Below are positions 11,710-25,600 of a DNA stretch of 64,000 bases, piece after piece. Source of the DNA: Camelus ferus (taxonomy: Eukaryota). Both the position numbers and the translations under genes were made by a program. Below the pieces are notes generated by a model that saw nothing but the letters and a program-made list of their open reading frames with translations, made no database searches and was not told the DNA's origin. The stretch is taken from assembly GCF_009834535.1 (NCBI RefSeq), contig NC_045697.1, positions 87,980,001 through 88,044,000 of the forward strand. The letters run 5' to 3'. Positions within the stretch are counted from its first letter, which is position 1. Every line of letters begins with the position of its first letter.

Positions 11710-11945
11710 AAGTGCACTTATATAGTAATAATAATACTGATTTATTGTTCAGTTACTATCTTAAATGCTATACAAGTACTATATAATTTAATTCCTACTA
11801 AGTTCTCTGTGGTAGATCCTTTTATAGACAAAACTAAGGTTCAGGAAAAGGAAAAATAATTTGTCCAATGTCAAGCTGCTAATAAGTAGCAGAACAAAAA
11901 TTTTAACCCAGAGAAAATAATTATAGAAACTAAACTCAAGGCCAG
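11710..11945 (-). mobile_element. MIR SINE
   Basis: TTTTATAGACAAAACTAAGGTTCAG...AATTTGTCCAATGTCA..CTGCTAATAAGTAGCAGAAC is the MIR core in reverse orientation. Confidence 0.7.
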
Positions 11946-14900
11946 TATAATATTGTGGCCGTCACTGCTAGCAACCTACCCAAAATCTATTCTCCCCTTC
12001 TTTTTTCTAAGATGTCAGCAATGATGTTGAGCAGCAAAATAGAAAGAGCCTGGACCGTTGATTGCTTCATTGATCCTTATACCAACTAGTTCTTCCTGCT
12101 TCTGGATTTCTTGTTAACTGAGAAAAATAAATGCATTTGTTTATTAAAGCTCCATTGTAGCCATTTTAAATGGACTAATGATACTGCTTATTACATTGAC
12201 CTACTGGAATTATAAGTGTAAAAAAGACAATCACTCAATATCCAACACATAATCTGAGTGTGTTCCTTGCTAAATCAGAGTTTTACTCTTAAGGCACCAT
12301 CTTTCTGAGAAACCAGAGAGCTGATCTTACATAGGGGCTTGGGAAACTTTGTATTCAAGGATTGATGGACTTTAAGAAGCAGGAGTATTTAGGAATTGGT
12401 TGATTTTTTTTTTTTTTAGCTAAAAACTGGTTATTTAAGTGAAATATCACTGATTAGTTGACTTGTATAAATATATTCACTTAAGTGAGGCTGCTGCTAA
12501 TTGCCTGGCTTCAGAAACAACTTGTTGTCACTGATTGGCTGTCTTTTAGAGGCATGGTTACAGAAGTGAGTTTTCACTTATTTGATGGAATATTTAAAAA
12601 CTTGATTCTGATGGTCATGTATTGCTCTGGCAAAAACAGTTAATCTTTTCCATAAGAATAAGATTATTCCTCAGTAAGACTGGAAGAAGACCCACCTAGG
12701 AGTCACAATGATCCAGAGAGGGATTCCTAGTCCAGATTTTGGGCAGCTTTATTCCTGTATTTTGAACTCATGATAAATATTAAGGAGTATCCATATTGTT
12801 TGTTTGATTTTTGTTTGGTTTAGTTTGGTTTTTAGAATGTAACATACTCTTTCCCATTTTATACTACTGAAGTAAAAAACCCTGCTGTTCTATATGTATA
12901 GATAACTGAAGTGTTGGGACCCTGGGGGAGGAAATATTTTTTAAATGTTTTTAAAAAATTGAGTTTTAAACAATTGAATTAATTTTATTTAAAAAACCAA
13001 ATATTTCTGAACCTCTAATCTATCTGTGTATTTTTTTAAAACCTCAAATGTAAAATGTGTTCATTAATTACTTAGTCTTGGAATAGAATCAATAAGGAAC
13101 TGTTATATGCAATGTAAATGGAATTTTGAGATACTTATTTTAAGATAATTCAAAATAGGAAGTAAATAAGTTATTAAAATTCAGCTCTGATATACAGTTG
13201 TTTCTAAAGTAAGCATATATACTTACTTTCACTTCTATCAATATAGATGTAATAAGTATGTAATTGTACATTTTTTTTTAGAATAACTAAATTTTGTATA
13301 CAAAGCCTAGAAGAGACAATTTTGCACGATAAACTTTAGTGTAGCATTTCAACTTATGGCTTATTTTGTTTCTGGAGGTTACTTTGGTATACTTCTTTTA
13401 GAAAAAGAATTTCAAATTGAGTAAAATCATTCTCTTTGAACTTTCAATAAAAGCAATTATGTAATATGATATATCAATTTCCTAGAATAATAAAGGAAGT
13501 AAAAAATTAAGTAAATAAAAAAATTAGAAGTTTTTTTTTAAATAAAATGACAGTACTGAATACATTTAGAAGCTTCTGAAATAGAGATTTGATTGCTGGT
13601 TAAACATTAGTGGTCTTTGTATGCAGCATGTTACTTTGATGCAGTATCCCACACTGCTTTTGAAGTTAAAGTTGACTTTTCGAGCAGTCCAAGCAATATA
13701 AGGCTGCCTACCTGCTTAAGTCCTCTAAAATGAGTAAGTATATTTTGGGGTCATAATGTTCCATTATCAGCCAACTTTGCTTCTACTTCAGATTGTGGAG
13801 AAAGAATCATTCATTAGTGACACTCTGTGAGAGTAACAAAAATACAACATGTAGAAAAATGGAATACCAGCATCACTGGATTCTCCACGAATATCTTTGA
13901 GGAAGTTTGACAATTGACGGGAATTAGTCTGAAGAGGAAGAAAGTTGAGGTACTGACACATGTAATGCATTGATTGAAGGCATAGTTTTTTCTTGAAGTA
14001 GTCTGGTGTTCATAATGAAGATGTCCCAGGCTTGTACTATCTACATGGTACATAAAATTTGTCATAATTACAAAAATATTTAATAAGCACTTAATCATTT
14101 TGTTCAAATTTGGTTTTCTAAATAAGGTAGAAGCAAATAGCTGAAATATAGTGCATGCATGACTATCTTCATACAGATTTTTATACTTGAAAAAAAATTA
14201 CTAGTTAAAAAAAGAAATATTACTTTGATTTGGACTCACTCCCCTTTTTGGGGCAGTATTCATAAATAGGAGGTATACAAGGACATATGTTCCATTTTAA
14301 AATCCTGTCCTGTTTTCACTTACCTTTCAATTCCACCTAACAAATGGGAGTATTTAAGAATATTATATATAAATTTGAAAGACCTTAAATTTATTATTCA
14401 AAAAAATTCTTGTATTTTAAAAGATGACCTGCATAATTCTAAATCAATCAATGAACAAACTTTCACAATTTTAGAACACCAGACTCTTGTAACTACCTTC
14501 AGATTTGAGTTTGAAAACTTGAACATTAGGTTAATAAGTGCATTACTGAAATTTTCTCTACTGCCACAGAGGTTTTAGACAGGAGGTATATTAAGTGGTT
14601 AATCAACAGTTCCTCAGTGGAGCCACTATAGAAATTCACAGCTGCCTGAACCTGAGTTCAGTAAGGTTTATAATAAGAAAATTATGGTTGTTTACTCAGG
14701 AAATGAAACTAGCCAAGTGGCAGGATAGCTCTCTAAAACAGATGCATCACTTCAGTCTGCTATTTACTGCATGTGTATTCTCATTTATCATGGCTTCCTA
14801 GCTCCTTTGTAGTTCAACTCTGACAACTGTAAATCAACAGAAAAGATGAGACATAGTGAAGAACAGTTACTTAAATAAGTGGAAAGCATGCTTGGTATTG

Positions 14901-16469
14901 TGGTTGTAAACAATTTGTATAGCATTTAGCAGGAAAATAGTACAGCCTCTGATTGTGCCAAGAGTATATAACCAACAGCATTTTCAAAATCATAAGACCA
15001 TTTAGTTATTTGTCATGAAAACATAGAAGGGTAATTAATGTATGGAAACGCTATCAGTTGCATTGTGCCTATTGCTAAGAAGGATTTTTAAATGAAATTC
15101 CTTAATATTTAAAGCTGTTTCTCGTTCATTCACTTAATCAATTCCTGATTCTGGTAGAAACTTTATTTTTTGCTGGCCAGTTCTATCACAGTGATCTCGG
15201 GTTCCATTTGGAACCCTACACTTGACTAGAACATTCATCAAAGCTAAAAACATTCTGTTCTTGATACTGATCCAGTTGCTTAGCCTCTGCCCTAGAGGAT
15301 TTGTATTAAATATAACACTGTTGTGCACTGTGAAATTTCTCCTAGTTTAAACAACACTTGAAGCATATCCTGTATGTAATACACCAAAGGTAAATGATGA
15401 TCAATCATACGTTTTTGAAAACTGCAGTTCTGTCAGTCTTCAATTTAATCACAATCAGTATCTGCACTTCCTTTATTTTTACGTAAGAGAAGCATTCTGA
15501 GCATACTGTTGGCTCAGGAAAACTGTAGGATATACTGTGTGGCTTATTTCTCAATTAAACATGTTGAGTCATTAATATCAGTCAAAACTAGAATAAAACT
15601 AAATAGTTTAAAATCCTGCAATAAAATGTCTTCCTTTTAAGTCCTGAGTTTTATAGCACTAAGATGAGACAGTCAGACTGTTGTTTTGACCTATCATGCA
15701 CGTGTCGTCCTTCCAGGATTTTCCATGTTATTGGACAGCCTTTTTTATACTTTGTTTGAAAAATATAACATAAGCTTTGCAATAACACATGTGAAATGAA
15801 ATCAGTGCAAATACCGTCTATATAAACTTGACAAGTTCAATTCACAGAAAAGGCTGAAATGTCAACAAGGTCTTGGTCAGAAGGTTACAACACTTGCCTG
15901 CTATAATTACTATTATTATTTTATCTCTCTTAGCAACAGATTATGGTTTGTTTAAGCTAAATAATTCTTGAGGAGGCTGACATTGAGATGATTTAGTGCA
16001 TAATAGGGCTTGGCTTGTTAAACTACAAAGAATTAATCCCACTAGATTTCACAAATAGCACCTGCTCAAGCCTGCTAGAATTTAAGTCTACATGGAATGC
16101 GTTAGAGCAAAATTTGGCAGGACTGACAGACTGCATTATCAAAAATTCAGAATGTTTGCTCTAAAAGAAACCTGTTCTTTTTACCACTGAGTATTTGGAA
16201 ATTAACCCTGAATTAGCCCATTTCAAATGACTGAGTAATCACAAAATAATTTTAAACATTGTGAGATATATAATGTGGTATTAATTACTCTTAAAGAGTC
16301 TCTTAAAAATCTTTAAGAGGGACTCAAGGCTCTTCTAGAGTAACTATGGATGGAACAAATGCATCATTGGGTATAAAGAAATATTAGTGAATCTAGATAT
16401 AAGAAATTTTGTAGGTTTAGTAAGTAGCTTTCCCAAGTTCGTGTAGTATATTGGCCTTTTCTTGGCGCA

Positions 16470-16638
16470 AACTCATGTCTTTTCTTATAAGGGCACTAAT
16501 CCTGTCATGCTGGCTCCAGCCTCACAACTTCATCTAACTCTAACTGCTTCTCAAAGACCCCATGGCTAAATACCATCACACTGGGGGTTAGAGTTCGACA
16601 TAAGAATTTGGTGGGACACAAACATTTAGTTCATAACA
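16470..16638 (-). mobile_element. MaLR LTR fragment (MLT1A/MLT1B-like)
   Basis: TTCTTATAAGGGCACTAATCC...AAATACCATCACACTGGGGGTTAG...GGGACACAAACATTTAGTTCATAACA is the reverse of an MLT1 5' end. Confidence 0.8.
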
Positions 16639-17704
16639 GTGCATATGTATATATTTGATAGGAATATAAAGATTAGAAATAACTAATTTAGCAATGAGAT
16701 AGGGCTTTCAAAATATACTAATCTTCAGGGTGTTTAATAAAAAATCATAATGCTAGAGATTTTTCTTATATCTTGTATATTTCTTACTATATAAGTGTCA
16801 TAATTTTTCTCTATAGTAAATATTGTTCTCCCTGAATCTCTGTCACTAACAAATACGCACAGTTGTTTTATAGGGCAAATGATCCAGTTGCTGTTAATTC
16901 TAGAATCAATGATTTTACTCTAAATATTGTATTTTGTATAATTTATTCTTTGTTTCCTTTCTAGACTCAGAAAAAAATCCAAGTGTTCACATTCAAGTAT
17001 GGCAAATAATATCTTCATTTTTATTTTATTTTCTCCTTATGAAAGAGAGGTTAGAAAGGTGTTGAAATCTTTGTTAGAGATTCTGTGTAAAGTATGAATT
17101 TTCTTTGGCACAAAGTGGAATTAGTATGTTTAAAATACTGGGACTGAACACTTCTAGTATTTCAGTCTGTTTTCTGGTGATTTAATGAGCCATATAGTAA
17201 ATAGTTTAATTTTTATGTGATAGGGAAAAATTTTAGTGTTTTTAATGTTAAACGTAAAGATGACATGCTAATATGTAGTATAAAAAATCCTGTGTCAAAA
17301 TATATTATGGCAAGTCCATTATCAAGTAAAAGATTTCAAAAGTATAAAAACACCAATGTTATCATAGCAGCAGCTTCTTTAGCTTGGTTTATATAAACAT
17401 TTTGATTAGTTTAGTTGAGTCATTTGTTTTAGTATTTATACTTTATCTAATTCCATATATTTGAACTGGGGCACATATTTTAGGATATTATCAACTTGTG
17501 CGTAAGAAATGTTGTGGGTTCCTGAAAAAAAGTAGCTCCACTATGAAAATATATCTTGGGAATATATTCCTTATAAGTAAGTACTACCAATCAGGAGGTA
17601 CCTTGGAACATATAAATTCCACTTACTTATGCTATCAAAGAGCACTCTAATACATCTAGGAGAAGAAATAATTTATATAAGACATTCCTGCTTTATAAGA
17701 AAAA

Positions 17705-20120
17705 GGTTAATTGAGATATAATCACATACCATAAAATTCACTATTTTAAAGTATATAATTCAGAGGTTTTTGGTATATTTACAAACTTTTGCAACCATTG
17801 CTATTATTTACTTTCAGAACATTTTCATCACCCATAAATGAAACTCCATACTCATTATCAGTCACTCTCCATACCTCCTCCCCACCAGCCTCTGGCAGCC
17901 ACTAATCTACTTTGTGTCTCTATGAATTTGCCTATTGTGGATATTTCATACAAATGGAATCATACAATGTATGTCCTTTTGTGTCTCACTTCTTTCATTT
18001 AGCACAATGTTTTCAAAGTTCACTTGTGGTTTAGCATATATCAGTACTTTATTCCTTTTTGTGATTGAATAGTATTCCCTATATCGATATACCACATTTG
18101 TTTATTCATTTCATTAGTTGATGGACATTGAAGAGGGTGCTATTTTGAATGATGCTGCTATGAACATTTGTGTACAAGTTTTTGTGTAGCACTATGCTTT
18201 CAATTTTCTTAGGTATATAACTAGAATTGGAATTGCTGGGTCATATAATAACATGTTAAGCTTTTTCAAAGGAAGATCAAACTTCTCAAAAGTGGTGGCA
18301 CTAAAGTGGTGGCATCACTGATTAGGCAGATTAGGCAGTTACAGAGCTTTATACCTCCATATAAGCAACTGATAAGCTGGTAAAAATAATTAGAATTAAC
18401 TTGTTTAGAACTCTGCAGTCCTCTCAAAAACTTGCCATAACCAGGGGAAAGCTTAATGATGAAAGGCATTGCTGCATTACAATAAGAGAGTGCTCTGGCA
18501 TTTTAAGTTGCTGCTCATTGTCCCCACTCCCAGATTAGCAGTAGCTATGATAATGGCAGCCAGAAATCCTGGTGTGGGTTTCTGGTGCCAGAGGGAGCAA
18601 TGTAGACCTTATTCTCAAAGACTTGTGGCTATGGATTTCAACCTGTTTGGCAGATCCTTGAAGGACTAGTGCAAGGGCTTGCCATTGTTTTGCCTGATTT
18701 GGAGTTTTTTCCAGGTCTAGGGTGGCTTCTTTGGTGGTCTTTGCAGAAAACATATAAAAGAAAAAGCATTAGCCATGGCACCCTTGGGTTTGTAGTCAAG
18801 ACAAGCAATGGAGAGACCAAAACGTCTAGGAGGCATGAGGTTGAGAAAGGATGTATGTGGGGGAATAAGAGCTTTGAAAGGCTCCTGCTTGTGTCAGATA
18901 ATAAAGGAGGCAGTGTACATGCCCAGGACTGGACATATTCTCAGAAGAAGTCTAAGAGAACCTTAATCCTTTACCTCTGGCTCACCTTCAGGCTCCACAC
19001 AAGCACAAGTGAAGGCTAAGGTAGAGTTCTTAACAGTCTGGCTAAGAGTTAAAAGTGTATCCCAAAACAGAGCCCAAGTGTAAACTGAGGATTTCAGTGG
19101 TCACACATGACGAAGAATATAGGCTTTACAGAAATAATTTAGAAAAGTCACTAAAACAAAAAAAATGACCCACAACAAGCAGCTACAACCCTGGGGAATG
19201 AGAATAATCTGATATCCAGAGCAGTCACATTATAAAACTCAAAATTTCCAGTTTTTAACAAAATAATTACAAGACATGCAAAGAAAGAAGAAAATACGGC
19301 CTATTCACAGAAAAAAAAAAAAAAGACATTCATAGAAACTTTACAAGTACCCTGGGTATTGAACTTACTAGACAGATCTTTAGATGAAGTATTTTAAATA
19401 TGCTTAAAGCACTAAATGAAAATATGGACAAAGAATGAAAGGAAGCCAGGAGAATAATACTTCATCAAGTAGAAAATATTAGTAAAAAGGTAGAAATTAT
19501 TATTTTTTTTTTGAAAAAAGAGCCAAATAGGCATCTGGAGCCTAAATATGCTATAACTGAAATGAAAAATTCACTAGAGGATTGCAACAGTTGATTTCAG
19601 CAGAAAGAAAGAATTAATGAAATGAGGATAGGTCAATTTGGATTATCCAGTCTGAGGAGCCAAAAGAGAAAAGAATGACAATGAAGAAAAAATAATGAAG
19701 TCTGAGATTTATGGGATGGCATCAAATGGACCAACCTGTGTATAATTGGAGTCCTGGGGGTAAAGGAGAGAAAGGAGAAGAAAGAATGTTTGAAAAAAAT
19801 ATTGGTCAAAAACATCTCTTATGTGATGAAATACATAAATTTACACGTACTAGAGCTCTAAGAACTCCAGGCAGGATAAATTCAAAGAGATCCTTACTGA
19901 AACACCTTATAGTCAAATTATCAAAAGTCAAAGTGGCTTCATTCTACTTCCCTACCAGCAGTGTATGAGTGTTCTGATTCCTCTATATCCTCATGAACAC
20001 TTGTTCATGTCTTTTTTATTATAGCCATCTAAGTGAGTGTAGGGTGGTATCTCACTTTTTAAAATTATATTTCCTAATGGCTAATGATGCTGAGCATTTT
20101 TTTCATGTACCTATTAAGAA
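17705..20120 (-). mobile_element. L1MB-type 3' end, split into 17705-18300 and 19930-20120 by a nested insertion
   Basis: TTGAGATATAATCACATACCATAAAATTCAC...CCACTAATCTACTTT...AATGGAATCATACAAT. It resumes collinearly at AAAGTGGCTTCATTCTACTTCCCTACCAGCAGTGTATGAG. Confidence 0.85.
18303..19933 (+). mobile_element. L1 5' UTR plus partial ORF1 (L1M4-type 5' end), 3'-truncated and nested in the L1MB element
   Basis: ORF1 relic sequence AATGAAAAATTCACTAGAGG...ATTATCCAGTCTGAGGAGC...TATAATTGGAGTCC...GAACTCCAGGCAGGATAAATTCAAAGAGATCC...ATAGTCAAATTATCAAAAGTCAAAG. No ORF2 or poly(A). Confidence 0.8.
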
Positions 20121-20789
20121 AACTTCATAAATCAGCAACTGGAGCAAAACATATCAGCCTTTGATCCAGCTAATGTGAAGACAATTTGAGTAATATTCAA
20201 TGAGACAGACTCATTTGGCTACCAAATGCAGTCAAGGGTAATTCTCACACCTGTCCTGCTGGTAAAACTGTACCTAAGGAACTGTGTCCTCATGTGAGGA
20301 AAAGTTGATGAAAAAAACTTACCCAGAACTTATGACGAAATCCTACAGTAGAAAGGAAAAAAATAGCATCATTCAAAGATTCCAGGGGGAAGTATATCTT
20401 TGGGAAAAAAATAGTAAAACATTTCAGAAACCTTTCTGCATTTTCAGTATGGTATGAGAGGACTTGGACTCTAAAAAGTAAGAATGGAAAACTATAATCA
20501 GATAACCAGTTCAAATGAAAATGTAAAGAAAATGAAAAGAATTGATAAAGTTTAACATTTCAAGAATAACAGAATTAACATTTCCACTTAAGGAAATAAA
20601 AAAGCCTGCATCGCAGTACAGGGAGTTAGCAGGGTGGAAAACAAACATAAGAAACTCCTCTTGAATTAACTGGAGAGTAACAAAGATGTGAAATGATAAG
20701 TTGGTGGAGATTGAGGAAAGAGACAGGAACCAACAAAAAATTATAGGCATAGCTAAGAAAGAAAACTAAACAATCTTTTCAAAGACACA

Positions 20790-22130
20790 GTTCAGATGAT
20801 ATTAATAGATCTCTAGATCACTACTCCCCCACTCCTTGAGAATTTTAGTTCCTGGCTTACTATCATTCCTTTTAGTATTACTCCTCTGATTATTCTTGAT
20901 TGTTGGAAATTGCAATTATCACATAGATGATAACTTTTCACACACTGGCCTCTTGGTTTCTTATCAGCCATCCAGTTCAATATGTGTAAATGATGACGTG
21001 AAATTACCTAACCCACACCACTTCTGTGACCTGTGATTTGGAACTCTCACTCTCTGACTGCTTCCTGCCTTGCTCTAGGTCACTCCCTCTAATACTCATA
21101 GGCACAATTCTCAGGCTCCCCAGCAATCTACACTTCATAGACCTTATCGCATTTTCACTTCCCTCCACAGGTAATCATGTTCCTTCTTACTCAGCTTATA
21201 TTCCTGTTTTAATCATTATAATCTCCCCTTCTATATTATGAACTCCTGACTTTCCTAAACTTTGTAACATTTTCATGGCAAAATCCAGACCCTTGTTAAT
21301 TCTAACTCTGCCTACTCCATTAATACACCAGTGTAACAGAATAGAATAATTAGTATAAAATGCAAAATCATACTGACTGGCTTCATTTTACATTTGTGGT
21401 ATAGAATTGGGCTGCTCATAGAGCTACCTTCCTGTCCTGGTCTTTTCATTCTTCTCATTGGCCTGAGGATCATTTTACACATTTCTTCTCAAACCTCCAA
21501 TAGAGTATTACCATCCTCACTTTCAGCTAACTTCGATTCACATTTGACTGAAAAATAAAATTGATATAATCAGGAGGGATTCTCCACTTCTTCACACCAA
21601 ACTGCATATGAGTATGCTCTGCCTCCCTCCTCTTACAGTATAGAATCTATTACTGCTTTCATTTAAGTCTAACCTCCCACTTGTATAATAGATCCTAACT
21701 TCTCTCACCTATTAGGTCCCTTTCCCAACAATGTTCCCATTTCTTATGCTAATTTTCTGCATCCTAATTTCCCCTCTACATTGAGTTATTCTCATCTGAA
21801 TACAAATATACCATATTTTCCATCTTCAAAAGAAATTATTTAGTCCCAATAGCTTCTTCAAGCCACCACCCCGTTTATTTGCTTACTTTTACAGCAATAG
21901 TCTTTGGAAGGGTTTTATATACTCATTTTCTCAATCTTTCACATTCTTTCTTAAGCCTACTCCAGTCAAAGTTTCAGTTTATCACTCTGGCAAAACAACT
22001 AATGCTAAGGTCACCAATCACGGGATTGCTAAATCCAAGGGTCAATTCTGGGACCTTCTCATGCTTTACCTATTGGCAGCCATAGTTGATACCTTCTCCT
22101 TTATGAAGCACTTTCCTCATTGGCCTTCAA
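20790..22130 (+). mobile_element. LINE-2 internal fragment including an RT-domain relic
   Basis: CCTACTCCAGTCAAAGTTTCAG...GCTAAGGTCACCAAT...GCTAAATCCAAGGGTCAATTCT...CACTTTCCTCATTGGCCTTC corresponds to the L2 RT motif PLQSGF...KVTND...AKS.GQFS...LSSLGF. Confidence 0.8.
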
Positions 22131-22132
22131 TC

Positions 22133-22647
22133 TGTTACAAGTCCAAACTCAATAGGCCAGTAAATCAGATGAAGTGTTGGTGCAAGAGATAGAAACTTTA
22201 TTCAGAAAGCCAGCAAAACGAGAAGATGGCAGACTAATGTCTGGGAGATCCATCTTCCCCAAGTCAGAATTCAGGCTCCTTTTATACTAAAAAGGGGAAG
22301 GGATGTGGTTGGTTGTTGCAAACTTCTTGGTGTAGGATTTCTTTGTTCTTGAAATCCATTGTTCTTGCAGCTGTCCACATGGGTCAGGTCATGTGTCCCT
22401 GTAAACCTCCAACAAAACAAATGTTATTTTCTATTATACAATTTATTATCTCTATATGGATGAAAAAGTGTTAATATCCTTAAAGGTTAGAGCCTTGAGA
22501 ATAGGCTATCCTATATATTTCAGGCTATAGACAGCCTTCTTTTACAAAAGGTACAGTATCAGCAAGACTAGGCCTAGGAAACAGAGCACAAGGTTAAAGT
22601 CAAAGGGACAGATCCATATGGTGTCAGATTTGTTCTTTTCTATTACG
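22133..22647 (-). mobile_element. ERV1-class solo LTR, MER41-like (laurasiatherian type)
   Basis: About 515 bp bounded by TGTTACA and TATTACG (TG...CA type). A minus-strand AATAAA lies at ~22197-22202. The minus-strand start (C)GTAATAGAAAAGAACAAATCTGACACCATA resembles recalled artiodactyl MER41-like LTRs. It abuts and truncates the L2. Confidence 0.65.
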
Positions 22648-25600
22648 TGTTGTCTGTCTTCTTCTTAAGCTGGAAATCTAATGAGTAACCCAAATTTTCA
22701 AAACCAGTAAACTGGTTTATTTTCACTCAAAATCCACCTCTTCTTGCAGTCTGCCTCATATCCCATGCATTGCTCAGACAATGTAATAATATAATCAAAT
22801 GTGGGCTTTAAAAAGATCACTCTGTTATCATCATAGATTAAAGAAGAATAAGAACAGATCTGAGGATATCAGTTACAAAGCTAAGGAAAGCATATAAAAC
22901 CAATGAGAAAGAATATGTTATTCAAAAGAAAATGATTGGAAATGTTTTTTGAAACTAGATCCTCTCTTCACTATACAACAAAATGCATCTCAAATATATT
23001 TAATAATAAAATGGAAAAATAAAATAATCAAAATTTTATTCAAAATATACCTCAGCTAAGCAATGTAATTTTGTATTCATTTAAAAATTATATTAATAAG
23101 AATATTTAAAAACATAGAAAAGAAAATAATGTATTATCTAAAAATGAAAGATGCAAAATTGTATGTTGCCCATTTTGTATTCAATATTTTTATTTTTTTC
23201 TCTAAAAATACATCAAAATATACAAATTAAAAATTTGTCTCGAGGTAGAGTACTTTGGTTTTTTTTTTTAAATTTTAACTATTCTTTGCCAAATTTTCTA
23301 TTTTGAATTTGTATTAATTTTAAAAAAGAAAGTTTGCATTGTTCCTTGTAAGGAAAATGATCTTTTAGAGAAGGATTTTTTTTAAGGCCGATTAAATGAA
23401 ATATTAATAATAATGAGTAAATTCCCAGCATTACTGTAGTTGGGCCAATATTATGAGCAGGTTCTTCCTGTTTTAAATGGGACCAAGAGGAACTAAGGCA
23501 GACTCCTGTGGTGAGATGCTCAGGGAAGGATTATAATCAGTGAATTAAGGTGATTGGAAAAACTTGAATACGATATCTGTTAACTTCGAATTTTCTTGAA
23601 GATAATGGGTTCCCTCAATGATTCTATGAGTGAGAGTATGAACAAATGAACATCATTAGAAAAATAGACTTTTTCTTGCCTCCAGAAGGGCTGAATAAAA
23701 CCAAAAGCAGCAACTGAAATTCATATTTCACTTGGAACAAAGGTCAGTATTCATTTTATTTTGGATTCATAAAAATTAAAGACAGTTTATTTTTCAGAAT
23801 GAGATAAGGAAAATTCTGGAGATTAGAAGACTGAGCATAGTTTAGGGGAAGGGTGGGGAGAAATTCAGTGGGTTTACTTCAGCTTACTTACTTCATTTCT
23901 GAAAGAATATTTCTTCTATACGGTGCAACCTTCAAGGCACACTGCCTTCTGCATGTCTTGAAACATAAGGAACAAAATTGACAGATATAGTTTAGCAGTC
24001 AATTATGATTAACAAATACTGGCAGACCAATTTTATTTTCTCATTTATGGGGGACTAAACCATAGTCGTTGGTCATTCCTTATTCAAATACAACTTTTGA
24101 TTCTACCCACCATAAAGTTTCAACTAACTAGTAACACAGAGTTTTTTAAGATAGGGACTATGCATTATTACTCTCTAATCCATATTGTATCATTAGATTT
24201 TATAACATACCCTAGATTTCCACTCAGTACTCTGTAAAAATACCTTATTTTCCCTAAAAATAGAACAAAATTTACTACATTGTAATCTGTGCAAATTTAC
24301 TTATCATTCTGTACATTCCAATTTACCCAGTTTCACCAAAAGTGAGATGTTGAAAAACAAAGTAATAGGCCATCTACCCCAATAGCAATAATATTTATTA
24401 AGTGCACTTAGGAGAATTCCAGGTTCATATGTGTTCTGGTTACACTCTATCCCACTGCCCCAGGCCCAAGCCCTTCCAAGGAAACAAGACCAGATAGTTT
24501 AGGGAAAGTAAAACATCTTGGTGTAGCGACGGCCTGAGGAAAGTACTTCCTTTTCATCACACTCCCTATATCCGTGATATACTCTCCTTCCTTTCCCTCC
24601 CTGCCCCTGCTTCCTACAGCAAAGAGTGTAAAGAATTTAGCACATTATGTACTGATTTTAAGTTAACATGTCTGTTTACAGATCTCATCATGGTGATAAG
24701 TATCTTGGAAATTAAAAGAGACGTTGCCAGACACAGTGGTTATCTTCTTCCCTCTCTCCAACCCGCGAAGTTGCCTCTAGTGCCAACAGTGTATCTTATC
24801 AGCACTTGTCTCTAACCGTAATATATGTCCTGACAATTGCCATGAATGTTCGCTATACATTTTCTGTGATCAGTCAGAAGAATTAAAAAAAAAAACTCCA
24901 ATCTCAGGAATTCTGATTTCAAATTAAGACTAATAAAACAATCTCTAGAAATATAATTTAAATAACTTCAGACTGCTGAATATATTTTATTCCATGAAAG
25001 AAAATGTGTGGTCACAGTTACTTAAATGTGCTCTAGTTGGAAATATTTTTTATCTTGAAATTCAGATCAGGATAACTTTAAATCAGGACCTTGGATCGGG
25101 AAAAGACTAGGCAATATTATCCATCCACACATAATAGAATTCTCTAAAATTTAAAAGCAACTGCAAGAACACCAACACCACCACCAACTATATATATTAA
25201 TGCAAGCCTCAATTCTAGGAACATGAAGAACTTTAGGCCAAAACATAAAATCAATACTTTAAAAAATGAAAGCAAACAAACAAAAAACAAAAGGGAAAAG
25301 AAAAATCCCCCAAACTTCCACAATTTGAAATACTATTGACTTGGCCTTCCTTAAGTGCTGTCTTGACCTAAAGTACATCCTGTGACTCATATTGCAATTA
25401 CTGTTACAGTCTTTCTGGTCCAAATTGCTGAGAGGAAGGGAAGTACTGCTATAGACATTTGAAGTGATTAAATAACCTTGTGTGCAGAACCTTATAAGAG
25501 CTGTACCCTGAGAAAGATGCAGTGTTTCTCATTTCTTTGTTCCTGTTTCACTTTTATGATCCCTTCTTGGAAGGAAGGTACATTCTGTCTCTACTTGAAA

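Noticed and set aside
22133..22647. Interferon-inducible STAT1 enhancer, as described for MER41-family LTRs
   Set aside because: I found no intact TTCNNNGAA GAS motif in this copy by eye, and the subfamily call is tentative.
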